Part shown: positions 10,132-19,366 of the stretch, in pieces
Numbering within the stretch: position 1 is the first letter of the stretch
Layout: each line of letters opens with the position of its first letter
Assembly (NCBI GenBank): GCA_018649885.1
Contig: JABIHA010000063.1
Coordinates: forward strand, 1-59,018
DNA length: 59,018 nucleotides
Direction of reading: 5' to 3'
Source of the DNA: Bacteriovoracaceae bacterium
GTDB taxonomy: Bacteria > Bdellovibrionota > Bacteriovoracia > Bacteriovoracales > Bacteriovoracaceae
Made by a program: the position numbers and the translations under genes
Notes under the pieces: model-generated
The model's input: the letters and a program-made list of their open reading frames with translations, nothing else
Told to the model about the DNA's origin: nothing
Databases searched by the model: none

Positions 10132-10749
10132 TTGCGTTTGATTTTAGTTTTGGCCACTTTGATCAGTATATTTCTAGGTTTTGACCTGAGTGCTGGTGTT
10201 ATGGAATTAGGTGGAAGTTTTTCCTATGACAAACAAGTCTTTGGCAGCAATAGAGACAACAAAGTAACCTCAAGGACCTATGGAGGCTCCTTTGCTTGGT
10301 ATATGTTTCCAGTTACGGGGCTCGAGCTTAACTATGCCCACCGAACAGATATTGTTCTTGAAAATGATGATGAGCTTATACCAGACACCACCGCCACAAT
10401 TACACAAGTGAGATCAGAGGCGATTACTCAGGTCTATGGAGTGGGAATACGACAAGCATTTGCCTCTGTTAGAAGTTTGCTTGTTCCAACTCTTTCCATT
10501 GGGTATGCCAAAGAATTTAAAGAACAGGCCACAGTTTATATTATAGATAATGCTGGAACCCTTTATACCGTGGGTTCAAATGTTTCAAAGTCCAGGTCAG
10601 ATTCGGTTTTTGGAACTTTTGCCCTAAAAATCAACTTCACCAGACTTTTTTCAATGAATGGAAGTGTCGGAACTGTATTTAAGGCTTTCGAATGGAATGA
10701 GGCCAAGTATAATGTAAAATACAAGGCCGGGTTTTCATGGTATTTTTAA
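10132..10749 (+). CDS. Outer-membrane beta-barrel protein
   Basis: Signal peptide, amphipathic strands, terminal FSWYF. Confidence 0.75.
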   Translation: MRLILVLATLISIFLGFDLSAGVMELGGSFSYDKQVFGSNRDNKVTSRTYGGSFAWYMFPVTGLELNYAHRTDIVLENDDELIPDTTATITQVRSEAITQVYGVGIRQAFASVRSLLVPTLSIGYAKEFKEQATVYIIDNAGTLYTVGSNVSKSRSDSVFGTFALKINFTRLFSMNGSVGTVFKAFEWNEAKYNVKYKAGFSWYF

Positions 10750-11789
10750 TTGTCTTATTCTTATGTCTTCAATTTGTTTCATGTGCAAAAATCTCATACA
10801 TTGTTGAACAAGGAGTGGGACAACTTAAACTTCAAAATAGAGCAAGAGAAAATTCAGTAGTTTTAAAAGACCCTCTTGTGGCCAGTAAGAGCAAAAAAAA
10901 AATTAAGTTAGTTCAAGAATATAAGAGTTACTTTTATGATTATTTTGAAGTTAAAGAGACTTCAATTTATTCGAAAACAACGATCCTCGAAGATAGTGCT
11001 GTAAGTTACCTGGTGATTGTTTCAAAACATGACAAAATTAAAGCGCGTGAAGAGTGCTTTCCAATAGCTGGCTGCTTTCCCTATTTAGGTTTTTTTAAAA
11101 AGGCTTCTGCCATTGAATATCAGAAAAAAATGAATAAGAGTGGTTTTGTGACCTATCTTAGACCTGTGTATGCATACTCAACACTGGGATATTTTGAAGA
11201 TACTATCCTTTCATCATTTTTTTATTTTAATGAAAAAGTACTGGCAGAGCTAATTTTTCATGAACTTTTTCACACAGTATTTTTTATCAAAGACAATGTA
11301 TCGCTCAATGAGAATATGGCCAATTATATTGGAAGAGAAATGTCATATGAGTATTTTAAATTTGATCAAAAAAAGCGTAGTGAACTTGAGGAAAAAGAGC
11401 ACCAAAGAAACCAATTAAAAAAGCTAATTGTAGATCTTGTAACTGAGCTTCAAGGTCTTTATGACAAACAAAAAAATCTGACTATGTCCCAGTCTACTCA
11501 AATCTTGGATTCTTTTTTAGAAAGTTCCTTTAGACCAAAAATCAAAAAATTGTGTGATGATTTAAAGATTGTGGGGAAGAAATGCTATCCCCTTGAAAAA
11601 AAATGGAATAATGCCTCTTTTTCGGCCTATTTAACCTATGAAGAAAAAGAGCAAGTGATCCACAAGCTCAGAAATCAGTATGGTTTTGGAATTAAAGAGC
11701 TATTTCACTTCATCAAAGCTAAATACGCGGAGTACCAAAATTTAGACTCTGACAAAAAAAGCTTCTCAGACTACCTATTTTCTCTTTAA
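10737..11789 (+). CDS. Putative aminopeptidase lipoprotein (HExxH)
   Basis: Lipobox FVSC; CFPIAGCFPYLGFF, AYSTLGYF, FHELFH. Confidence 0.85.
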   Translation: MVFLIVLFLCLQFVSCAKISYIVEQGVGQLKLQNRARENSVVLKDPLVASKSKKKIKLVQEYKSYFYDYFEVKETSIYSKTTILEDSAVSYLVIVSKHDKIKAREECFPIAGCFPYLGFFKKASAIEYQKKMNKSGFVTYLRPVYAYSTLGYFEDTILSSFFYFNEKVLAELIFHELFHTVFFIKDNVSLNENMANYIGREMSYEYFKFDQKKRSELEEKEHQRNQLKKLIVDLVTELQGLYDKQKNLTMSQSTQILDSFLESSFRPKIKKLCDDLKIVGKKCYPLEKKWNNASFSAYLTYEEKEQVIHKLRNQYGFGIKELFHFIKAKYAEYQNLDSDKKSFSDYLFSL

Positions 11790-11846
11790 TGCCCACCTGG
11801 GACGAGGTATAAATTGTGCTCAATTTAAACCTCGGCGGTCAAAGCT

Positions 11847-12812
11847 ATGAAAGCTATTATATACTTAAACAACTTAGAAAAGCTTGTCATTCAAAAGGAC
11901 TCAACCCTTTTATTTGCCCTGACACTTAAAGAAAATGGCGTAGATACTTATCTACTTTTTGAAGATGATTTTTATTATTCAAATATGGACGGGAATCAAT
12001 TTAAGATGCACCCATTTTCTGGGAGCTATGGCAGTGATACTTTTTATGTGGATCAATTTGATGTTGGGGAAGCTGAGAGTCTAACACTAGACGCTGGTGA
12101 CAATTTTTTTATGAGATTAGATCCTCCTTTTGATTTACGCTATATGAGATCTCTTTGGTATCAAAACCTCTTCAGTGAAAAAGGGGTTAACTTTCACAAT
12201 CATCCGCTAGGGGTTATGGCCAACAATGAAAAGCTTGTGGCCTATGGTTCTGAATATTCGCATCCTAGTTTTGTTGGGGGGAGTGTTGATCAATTTTTGA
12301 ATTTTACTCAGAAGATGAAAGATACTGGTTTTGCCTCTCTTATTATCAAACCACTTGATCTCTACCAAGGTATTGGAGTTGAGAAAGTGAGTTTAAGTAT
12401 TTCAGAAGAAGAATTAAAAAAACTATTTATAGATAGGGCGGAGAGTTTTGGAGGCTCTCTTGTGGTTCAGCCTTTTATTGAAAAGATCACAAGTGGGGAA
12501 GTGAGATCGACTTTCTATAAGGGGGCTGAAGTTGGCTCTATTTTAAAGGTTCCAAAAGAGGGATCTTATCTTGCCAATATTGCTCAGGGGGCCACTTTCT
12601 CTCGTTATGAATTGACTGAAAGTGAGCGTGCAAGTTGTCAGTATTTTTGTGAGAAGTTGATGAAGCAAGGGGTTGATTGGTTAGCGTTTGATTTGCTTGA
12701 TGGGAAGGTGAGTGAGGTGAATATTACTTGTCCGGGGCTTTTGGTGGAGACTTCTAAGGCTTATGGGGTGAATTTGTGTGAAAAGATAGTTGGGTTGTTT
12801 TTGGGTAAATGA
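11847..12812 (+). CDS. gshB: Glutathione synthetase (ATP-grasp)
   Basis: MRLDPPFD, NEK, IKPL, ANIAQG, EVNITCPG. Confidence 0.85.
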   Translation: MKAIIYLNNLEKLVIQKDSTLLFALTLKENGVDTYLLFEDDFYYSNMDGNQFKMHPFSGSYGSDTFYVDQFDVGEAESLTLDAGDNFFMRLDPPFDLRYMRSLWYQNLFSEKGVNFHNHPLGVMANNEKLVAYGSEYSHPSFVGGSVDQFLNFTQKMKDTGFASLIIKPLDLYQGIGVEKVSLSISEEELKKLFIDRAESFGGSLVVQPFIEKITSGEVRSTFYKGAEVGSILKVPKEGSYLANIAQGATFSRYELTESERASCQYFCEKLMKQGVDWLAFDLLDGKVSEVNITCPGLLVETSKAYGVNLCEKIVGLFLGK

Positions 12813-12840
12813 TAATTGTTGAGTTGGGTGTTTTTTTGGC

Positions 12841-13140
12841 CGACACCGTCGCTCAATGAAAAGCACCAGTGGTGCTTTTCAACTTGGTGTTGAGTAGTGG
12901 GGCTCAGTTCTGGGCTGAACCGAGTTTGAGCGGTATTGCCTCTGAAAATTACTTGTGGTGGGCAGACACTGGAGTGGGCTTAGGGTTTTTTCGGATTCTT
13001 GAGTTAAAGGAGTTGGGTGTTTTAGAGCTTGATTCACGGGAAACTGCAGTGCCACTGTGGGGGAGTTTCCCTCAGTCACATACCTCTGCGCTTCAAAATT
13101 GCGAAGCAATTTTGCTGCGCGAGGTGCATAAACTCCAGAC
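12841..13140. repeat. Cluster of REP-like hairpins
   Basis: TGAAAAGCACC-AGT-GGTGCTTTTCA (12857-12881); CAAAATTGC-GAA-GCAATTTTG inside a longer stem (~13083-13124). Confidence 0.65.
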
Positions 13141-13200
13141 ACCTATATAATTATTACCATCACTTCTCATAAACAGGTAACTACAAGGTAAACTGAAAGT

Positions 13201-13776
13201 ATGAAAGCAATAATTTTGATATTAATGGTCGTGTTCTTCTCAGCATGTGAATTCAACACTATGGGTTCTGGAGATGATACTAAGCCGAAAGTCGAGGGAT
13301 TTAAAGATGAACTCACGAAATGTGGCGCCAATAAAAAAATTGAGGCCAAACTTGTAAAAGAAGAAAGAATCGATACCAGCACAGATATATTACTTCAAAC
13401 TAGAGCGGACTCTTCTGTTTATACTGAATCTTCATATATTGTAAAAGACCTTGAAAGAGGTTCTAGTAAAACTCTGAGCAATATTGTCATTTCAAGACAT
13501 AGTGATGAGAAACTCGAAATTGACTCTTCAGCTAGGACACCCATTGTCTCTATCTATAAAAATGGTTCAAAAACTGTTTTTGATTCCAAAAAATCGACTA
13601 GTGGTAAAACCATATATCAAGAAATAGAATTTAGAGATTATAGCTATATTCAAAATCATTACACCAGCGGTATCACTTCAGATTGTCCAATGAAAGTGGA
13701 TTACATAATTGAATATGACAATAGCTCATCAAAGTTAAAACACAATATTACTATTGAAATGTGGTACAAAGACTAG
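13201..13776 (+). CDS. Hypothetical lipoprotein
   Basis: Lipobox FSAC. Confidence 0.75.
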   Translation: MKAIILILMVVFFSACEFNTMGSGDDTKPKVEGFKDELTKCGANKKIEAKLVKEERIDTSTDILLQTRADSSVYTESSYIVKDLERGSSKTLSNIVISRHSDEKLEIDSSARTPIVSIYKNGSKTVFDSKKSTSGKTIYQEIEFRDYSYIQNHYTSGITSDCPMKVDYIIEYDNSSSKLKHNITIEMWYKD

Positions 13777-13777
13777 T

Positions 13778-14569
13778 CTACCAATCACTCGCATATGGCA
13801 TTTTTAGATAGACTTTTGTTCGCCAACAAGCTGATCCCGCAACCAATGGATCCACGTCACAGCTTGCACCGTAACTTATACAATCACCATCAGACTTCAC
13901 AGACTTCACTACAACATCTGGATATTGAGTATCTGATAAAATATAGCTTGGAACATTAAATGTTCCCTCAACTGAACAATCATTCACATCAACACCGGTG
14001 AATGTTCTCTCTGTTGTTGGGTAGAAGATCCCGTCTTTATATTTTCCTAGAAGCACAGTCACAGTTAGTCTGGTGTAGTTGGCACCTGTATTACAGTAAG
14101 CAACATCACCAAGGCTTTCCCCTCCAGGGTTTGATTGAGGCTGTAGTTTTATTTTTACAGTAGAGCCAGTATCCATATCTCCAAGGACTTGCTTGTCAGG
14201 TACACCAGGGTCGTTTGAAATTGACCAAATATGGCCTCCTTCGATGCGGTAGCCTGCGCCATCGACAATCATTCCGTCATCTTGCTGGCGGTTACCCCCA
14301 CTGCCATCAGCAGTAAAAGAAAAGACACCATCAGATCCTGAGCCATCACCACTAATACATCCTTCGTCTACTTGTCCACCACCTTCGTCGTCGTCATCAT
14401 CATCGTCGTCATCACCGCCGCCAAAAAGAATTGTTTCACCCGAAGTGACTGTGTCGCTTGTCTCATCATCTTCAACTGTTTTTTTACTTCCAGTATCTGT
14501 ACATGAAACAAAAACCATCACGAATAAAAATATTGAAGTGATGAAAAGTTGCCAATTTCTGTGTTTCAT
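13778..14569 (-). CDS. Hypothetical Cys-containing lipoprotein with poly-Asp tract
   Basis: Lipobox FVSC; GGG-D9-EGGG. Confidence 0.8.
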   Translation of the reverse strand: MKHRNWQLFITSIFLFVMVFVSCTDTGSKKTVEDDETSDTVTSGETILFGGGDDDDDDDDDEGGGQVDEGCISGDGSGSDGVFSFTADGSGGNRQQDDGMIVDGAGYRIEGGHIWSISNDPGVPDKQVLGDMDTGSTVKIKLQPQSNPGGESLGDVAYCNTGANYTRLTVTVLLGKYKDGIFYPTTERTFTGVDVNDCSVEGTFNVPSYILSDTQYPDVVVKSVKSDGDCISYGASCDVDPLVAGSACWRTKVYLKMPYASDW

Positions 14570-14601
14570 AAACTAAACCCCTAATAGTTCTCGCATGTTA
14601 T

Positions 14602-14628
14602 TTATCGTCTCATCAGAAAATTTATTGA
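14602..14628 (-). promoter_or_regulatory. Putative sigma28 promoter
   Basis: TCAA-N15-GACGATAA upstream of the 14569 start. Confidence 0.5.
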
Positions 14629-14739
14629 GAACTAATTAATACTTGACCAGTTTGCTCTGTTATTTAAAAGTGTTGAAAAAAACTTTCTAATAATTGATAA
14701 CATTGCCATTTTTCAAGTAGTTAACACATAGGGGCAAAT

Positions 14740-15279
14740 TTGAAAGGGTATTGTTTGAATAGGTTAATTAAAGGTATCATTATTACCGTGAAGGAAAGCG
14801 ATTTTGTCTCTTTTTTTAAAAAATATTCTTTGGACCTTTTTAGTTTCTCCTATATCTATGTTCCAGATCAATTGCAGGCAGAACAAGTGGTCGTCGATTC
14901 TATATTGGCGGTAAGTTTAAAAGAAAAAGAGCTTATAGATAAATTAGTTAAAATACCCAGCACCGGGTTTAATGATGCCAAAAGACTTAATGGGAAGCTT
15001 CAAATTCTTTTGTATTCAAAAGTTGCATCTCTTGGAAAGACTAGATCGCAGCAATTAAATGGTAGTGTAAGTGACCAAAGTGGTATGAAAAGTAAATATT
15101 CAGATTTTTACTCATTGGGATTAGATCGAAGAGAAGTCATCTTTTTAAAAGATTCTGCTGGAAAATCCATAGAGGATATATCTAAAATTCTTGGTAAGTC
15201 TGAATACGAGGTTATGGCAATTTTGGCCGGAACACGTGATACACTGGTGAATGCATCCTCTCACCTTCAAGGTTTTTAA
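14740..15279 (+). CDS. Divergent ECF-type sigma factor-like protein
   Basis: AEQVVVDS (AEDxxQE-like); region-4-like REVIFLKD..GKSIEDISKILG; adjacent anti-sigma gene. Confidence 0.6.
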   Translation: MKGYCLNRLIKGIIITVKESDFVSFFKKYSLDLFSFSYIYVPDQLQAEQVVVDSILAVSLKEKELIDKLVKIPSTGFNDAKRLNGKLQILLYSKVASLGKTRSQQLNGSVSDQSGMKSKYSDFYSLGLDRREVIFLKDSAGKSIEDISKILGKSEYEVMAILAGTRDTLVNASSHLQGF

Positions 15280-15287
15280 GGAGAATA

Positions 15288-15731
15288 ATGTCTTGTTCAT
15301 TGCAAAGAGATAGTTTGTTTGGAGTAACCCCTTTAGGTTTAGAAAATAGTGAAAGTTGCGAGAAGGCCCAGTTTATCGTTGGATATTTAGACGCCTCTCT
15401 AAGTCCTAAGAAATTAACTGAAATTGATGAACACCTAAAAGGTTGTGATATCTGTTACGGTCAGATGTTAGATTCGACCAAGAAATTTAATACTATTAAG
15501 AGATCAGTTCCACATTGTAAGCTTAAGAAAACTGAAAGAGATCATTTCCTAGAAGAGGTAAGCCTTCTTTCTAAGCAGATATATGATAAATCTAAGGGAA
15601 ATCAAAACCTAGTTATAAAGAAGCAAAAGATAGAGTTCTTTAAGAAGATGATGAGTTTTCTTTTTTCAAGAGAGCTAGTCTTGTTGTATATATTTCTAGG
15701 GATGGTGGTTTCCATCGAGTTTTGGTTCTAA
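15288..15731 (+). CDS. zf-HC2 (ZAS) anti-sigma-like membrane protein
   Basis: YLD...EHLKGCDIC (Hx3Cx2C); C-terminal TM. Confidence 0.7.
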   Translation: MSCSLQRDSLFGVTPLGLENSESCEKAQFIVGYLDASLSPKKLTEIDEHLKGCDICYGQMLDSTKKFNTIKRSVPHCKLKKTERDHFLEEVSLLSKQIYDKSKGNQNLVIKKQKIEFFKKMMSFLFSRELVLLYIFLGMVVSIEFWF

Positions 15732-15774
15732 GTTAATTCAAATGGTTTTAAAGAAATACTGATCCCAGCATGGG

Positions 15775-16656
15775 TTATGAGTTTATTATAAGGTTGTAAT
15801 AAATTGTAAATTCGTCTTCTTCTTTAGTTAGCGAGGTTGGAGGGTTGGGTAGATAGCCGACACCTTTCATTACATTTTCAAAGAATCTTTGGATTTTCAG
15901 ATTTTCAGATGCCGATATGATTTTAAGTACTCGAATATTTCCATTCTTATCGTAGGAGATCTTTGCAACCAATTTTTCTTCTTTTCCCTCTGAGGGAGTA
16001 AAAACAAAGCGCGGATTTTTAAGAATAAAGTCATCATATGCAGTATAAATTGATGAAATATAAGATTGTTCAATTCTTTTTCTAAAACCGTAAAAGATAA
16101 GCTCACTTTTGTTGAGCTGATCCTCTGGGATTCCCTTCGGTGGGACAAGCATAATTTGAAGATTAGATTTACTAAAGAAGCGGGCTTTTAGTTTGTCGTC
16201 TTTTGTAATGTAAGGGAGGTCAGCATTCACTAAGTCTTTAAGGCTTTTTGGTCTGCCCGGAGCAATGAGTATTTTTCCTCTATCCATGGAATTAAAATTA
16301 AGTTTTAGAGATGAAAAATTGGTTTTTTTTCCTGCTGCTTTTACTTTTTTGTGGGGTCTTGATTTCTGCCCTGGTGAAGAGCTGCTTGGATTAATTGAAA
16401 CACTGTCCAGCATGCCATCTTCAACACCCTTGGTTCTATATTTTTTTAAAATACTGACGGGAGCTTTTTCGATAACAATTGAGCGGTCCACAAGGGATCT
16501 ATTTGCGTCAAAGTTTATATAAGGTGCTAAAAAATTAAGGAGAAGCACAACGAAAGTGTGGAAAAAAATTGAAGCCAGGATCGTTATGGTGATAGTTAGG
16601 TTGAACGGATGCCTACTGCTTTTAGTAATATTCTTTGTGTAAATTTCGCTGGTCAT
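15775..16656 (-). CDS. TonB/TolA C-terminal domain protein
   Basis: N-terminal TM with SIFFH; C-terminal DKNGNI...LPNPP. Confidence 0.65.
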   Translation of the reverse strand: MTSEIYTKNITKSSRHPFNLTITITILASIFFHTFVVLLLNFLAPYINFDANRSLVDRSIVIEKAPVSILKKYRTKGVEDGMLDSVSINPSSSSPGQKSRPHKKVKAAGKKTNFSSLKLNFNSMDRGKILIAPGRPKSLKDLVNADLPYITKDDKLKARFFSKSNLQIMLVPPKGIPEDQLNKSELIFYGFRKRIEQSYISSIYTAYDDFILKNPRFVFTPSEGKEEKLVAKISYDKNGNIRVLKIISASENLKIQRFFENVMKGVGYLPNPPTSLTKEEDEFTIYYNLIINS

Positions 16657-16928
16657 GTCTAAAATTCACCCCATAGAACGCTGCTTTTGTTCTTGAACCA
16701 AATTACCTTAGCAGAGGGGAATAGACAATGAAGTATAATGCTTCGCGCTGTGAGTGGGTATTTTTTCTACTTTTTGTAACAAGGGAAATCTAGAGCTTCC
16801 TAATTTAAGCTATTTATGGCCGATTTTTGACACTTCACTTTATTCCTATCTTGACTAGGTTTCAAGGAGATGTACCATTTACTAACAGGTCCACCTGGCG
16901 CTGAATCGGGCTTGTACACTAGGATAGA

Positions 16929-18410
16929 ATGAAATCGAAACTAAGACATTTTCTCAATCGAAAAGCATATCTTTTTCTCCCCATGGTATTCACGCTTGCT
17001 TCACTTGCACTGTACACCACCGCATTTTATAAGAGCGATTTACTTCAAAAATTTCATTTAGCGGACTCGGGCCTTTCGACTTGTTTTCACCGGGTTAATC
17101 AAACCTTTATTGCCAAGATGATAGGGGATGATGCCTCCTCACACTTAACTAGATCATTTACCAAGTTGACGTCTGATTGTGTAGGAGATTTAAATGGTGA
17201 GGCTGCCGGAGTATTTGGAGAGGATGTTCTTAAATCATTTAATAAAATTGCAACACAAGTACATTGGTTCCATGAAAAAATTGATGGGAAATTTGGTTCT
17301 CTTTCAAGCGACAGCGAAAGTTTAAATCAAGGTATCAACTTGGGTTATCAAAAGATTGAGGCTTTAAGCAATACTATATCGGAAAGTATTTACAACTATA
17401 ATAAGCAAACGATGAAAGAGATAGATCGTTATAAGAAGGGAGCTGACTCACTAGTCTTCTTAACTATCGTGCTGCTTTTGATTTTTGCGGTTAAAGAAAG
17501 AAAGCTTCAAATTGGATTAGGGAGAGTTGAACATGAAGCCAGGGATGAAAATCAACTTTCAGAAATGACTTCTAGCTCTAAGCTTGAATACGTAGTTAAA
17601 AAGGCCCTTGAAATAAATGATTTAGTAGAATGCTCGAAGCTCTTTACTCGCTATCACTCAGATGTATTAGACGGTAAGTTAAATGCTTATATAATGGCAG
17701 ATGAAGAAAATGACTTTGAATTGTCTGAAAAAAAATCTGTAGATGAGGTTATGGATGAAGTACAAACCTCGGCTGAGCTAGAAGAAATCCCAGAAGAAAT
17801 AGCTCCTGAAGAGATTGCTATAGATAACTCAAAAATTTTAGAGGAAAACCCTGACCTTGAAGGCCTTGAAAAATTTCAACTAGTTCAAATTGTTTCAAGT
17901 GTTGTAGATGGCCTCTCGGAGAAATTATTTAGCGAGGGAATCTTTCTTGTTCTAGAGCTGTCAGATGACTTATTTATTTGGGGAAAAAAGGAGTCTTTGG
18001 AGGTTGGAATTCATCATCTGCTTCTTGAGACTACTAAGCTTTTCTCTAGCACCTTAGGTGTGAAAAGAATTACAATGAGAACAAAGGGTCTGGGTAATAA
18101 TGCGGTACTTGAAATTGGTGCCATTGGAACTTCTTGGAGTGAGGATTTAGTGGCAGGGAAAAGTACAGTGAGTGGATTTCTAGACCTTGTTATAGGAAGA
18201 GAAGTCTTAGCAGATTCAAAAGCTGATTTGGCCATTAAAAATGTTACTGTAGATGAAAAGCAATTAGCACTAATCAAGATTGTTTTAAATAGAGTTGATA
18301 CAAGAAGTGAAGTCGATACAGTGGTCGATTTGACCTCAGACTCTGGTGAAGTAAGATCGCTCAAAAAAGGCAAAAAGAAAGACTTGGTAAATGAATTGAG
18401 ATTGGTTTAA
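16929..18410 (+). CDS. Membrane protein with degenerate HATPase-like C-terminus
   Basis: Two TMs, periplasmic helical domain, acidic linker, HATPase-like pattern lacking catalytic boxes. Confidence 0.6.
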   Translation: MKSKLRHFLNRKAYLFLPMVFTLASLALYTTAFYKSDLLQKFHLADSGLSTCFHRVNQTFIAKMIGDDASSHLTRSFTKLTSDCVGDLNGEAAGVFGEDVLKSFNKIATQVHWFHEKIDGKFGSLSSDSESLNQGINLGYQKIEALSNTISESIYNYNKQTMKEIDRYKKGADSLVFLTIVLLLIFAVKERKLQIGLGRVEHEARDENQLSEMTSSSKLEYVVKKALEINDLVECSKLFTRYHSDVLDGKLNAYIMADEENDFELSEKKSVDEVMDEVQTSAELEEIPEEIAPEEIAIDNSKILEENPDLEGLEKFQLVQIVSSVVDGLSEKLFSEGIFLVLELSDDLFIWGKKESLEVGIHHLLLETTKLFSSTLGVKRITMRTKGLGNNAVLEIGAIGTSWSEDLVAGKSTVSGFLDLVIGREVLADSKADLAIKNVTVDEKQLALIKIVLNRVDTRSEVDTVVDLTSDSGEVRSLKKGKKKDLVNELRLV

Positions 18411-18432
18411 TATTTAGACAACTGATTGCATC

Positions 18433-18834
18433 CTAATAGAAATATCCATAGCCTTGATAGTGTTCTGTTTTCTTATTGTGAACATTGCCCGATCCGAAGT
18501 GGTCAACATGGCCTTTATTATAATCCTTTTTAATTTGTTTTTGATTCTTAGCAAATACACAAGTAATCAGCTTTCTTGAATTATCTGGGTGTCGATAGAC
18601 ACATTGTTGATAGCTAGTTTTAACAATGACTTCTTGTAATCTATGCCTTTTTTTAAAATAGTGATAATTGGGAAGACGGTTGAGAGAGAGTGGGCAGTTA
18701 CTCGAAGTTTCTAACCAACTAAAATAACTTCTTTTAGGATTTAGCCTATGCCTGCCAGCGTAGCAAGTAATGGCAAAGGTATCAATTGCAGTTGCAAAGA
18801 GTAAAATAAAAAGCGCGGTAATTCTCAGTATCAT
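18433..18834 (-). CDS. Hypothetical secreted protein
   Basis: Signal peptide (TFA); four Cys. Confidence 0.65.
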   Translation of the reverse strand: MILRITALFILLFATAIDTFAITCYAGRHRLNPKRSYFSWLETSSNCPLSLNRLPNYHYFKKRHRLQEVIVKTSYQQCVYRHPDNSRKLITCVFAKNQKQIKKDYNKGHVDHFGSGNVHNKKTEHYQGYGYFY

Positions 18835-18931
18835 AGTTATTTAAACGGAATATTTGAGCAGGCCCTTGATTATTTTGTCTGAAAATCGGGTGTTTGGAAA
18901 AAAATACCTGAGTAGATTAAAGAGAAAAGTC

Positions 18932-19366
18932 TTAAAAATCGAGGTGAAAAGTAACTGGACCATCACCAAGGATGCTGACTTCCATGTGGGAGCCAAATTC
19001 TCCTGTTTCAACTTTTGCTGAACTAGAGAGTATTTTACAGAAGTGGTGAAAGAGAATTTTTGCCCTCCCGGGCTCCAGCGATTTTTCAAAGCTAGGGCGA
19101 TTTCCCTTTTTTCCATCCCATGACAAAGTAAATTGGCTGATGGCCAAAATCTCTCCCTGGACCTGCTCTATATTGAGATTCATCTTGCCATTGTCATCAG
19201 CAAAAACTCTTAATGAAGCAATTTTACCTGCTGCACTTTCGACTTTTTTTAAATCATCACCCTTTTCTAAACATACTAGAAGACTTAGTCCATGCTCAAT
19301 TTGCCCAACGATAGCATCTTCAACTACCACTTTTGAGCTCTTTACTCTTTGAACCAAAACTTTCAT
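18932..19366 (-). CDS. dtd: D-aminoacyl-tRNA deacylase
   Basis: VQRV, SQFTL, GNRPSF, DGPVT. Confidence 0.95.
   Translation of the reverse strand: MKVLVQRVKSSKVVVEDAIVGQIEHGLSLLVCLEKGDDLKKVESAAGKIASLRVFADDNGKMNLNIEQVQGEILAISQFTLSWDGKKGNRPSFEKSLEPGRAKILFHHFCKILSSSAKVETGEFGSHMEVSILGDGPVTFHLDF

Noticed and set aside
12869..13150. ORFs on both strands over the hairpin cluster
   Set aside because: Likely spurious frames in palindromic, skewed DNA
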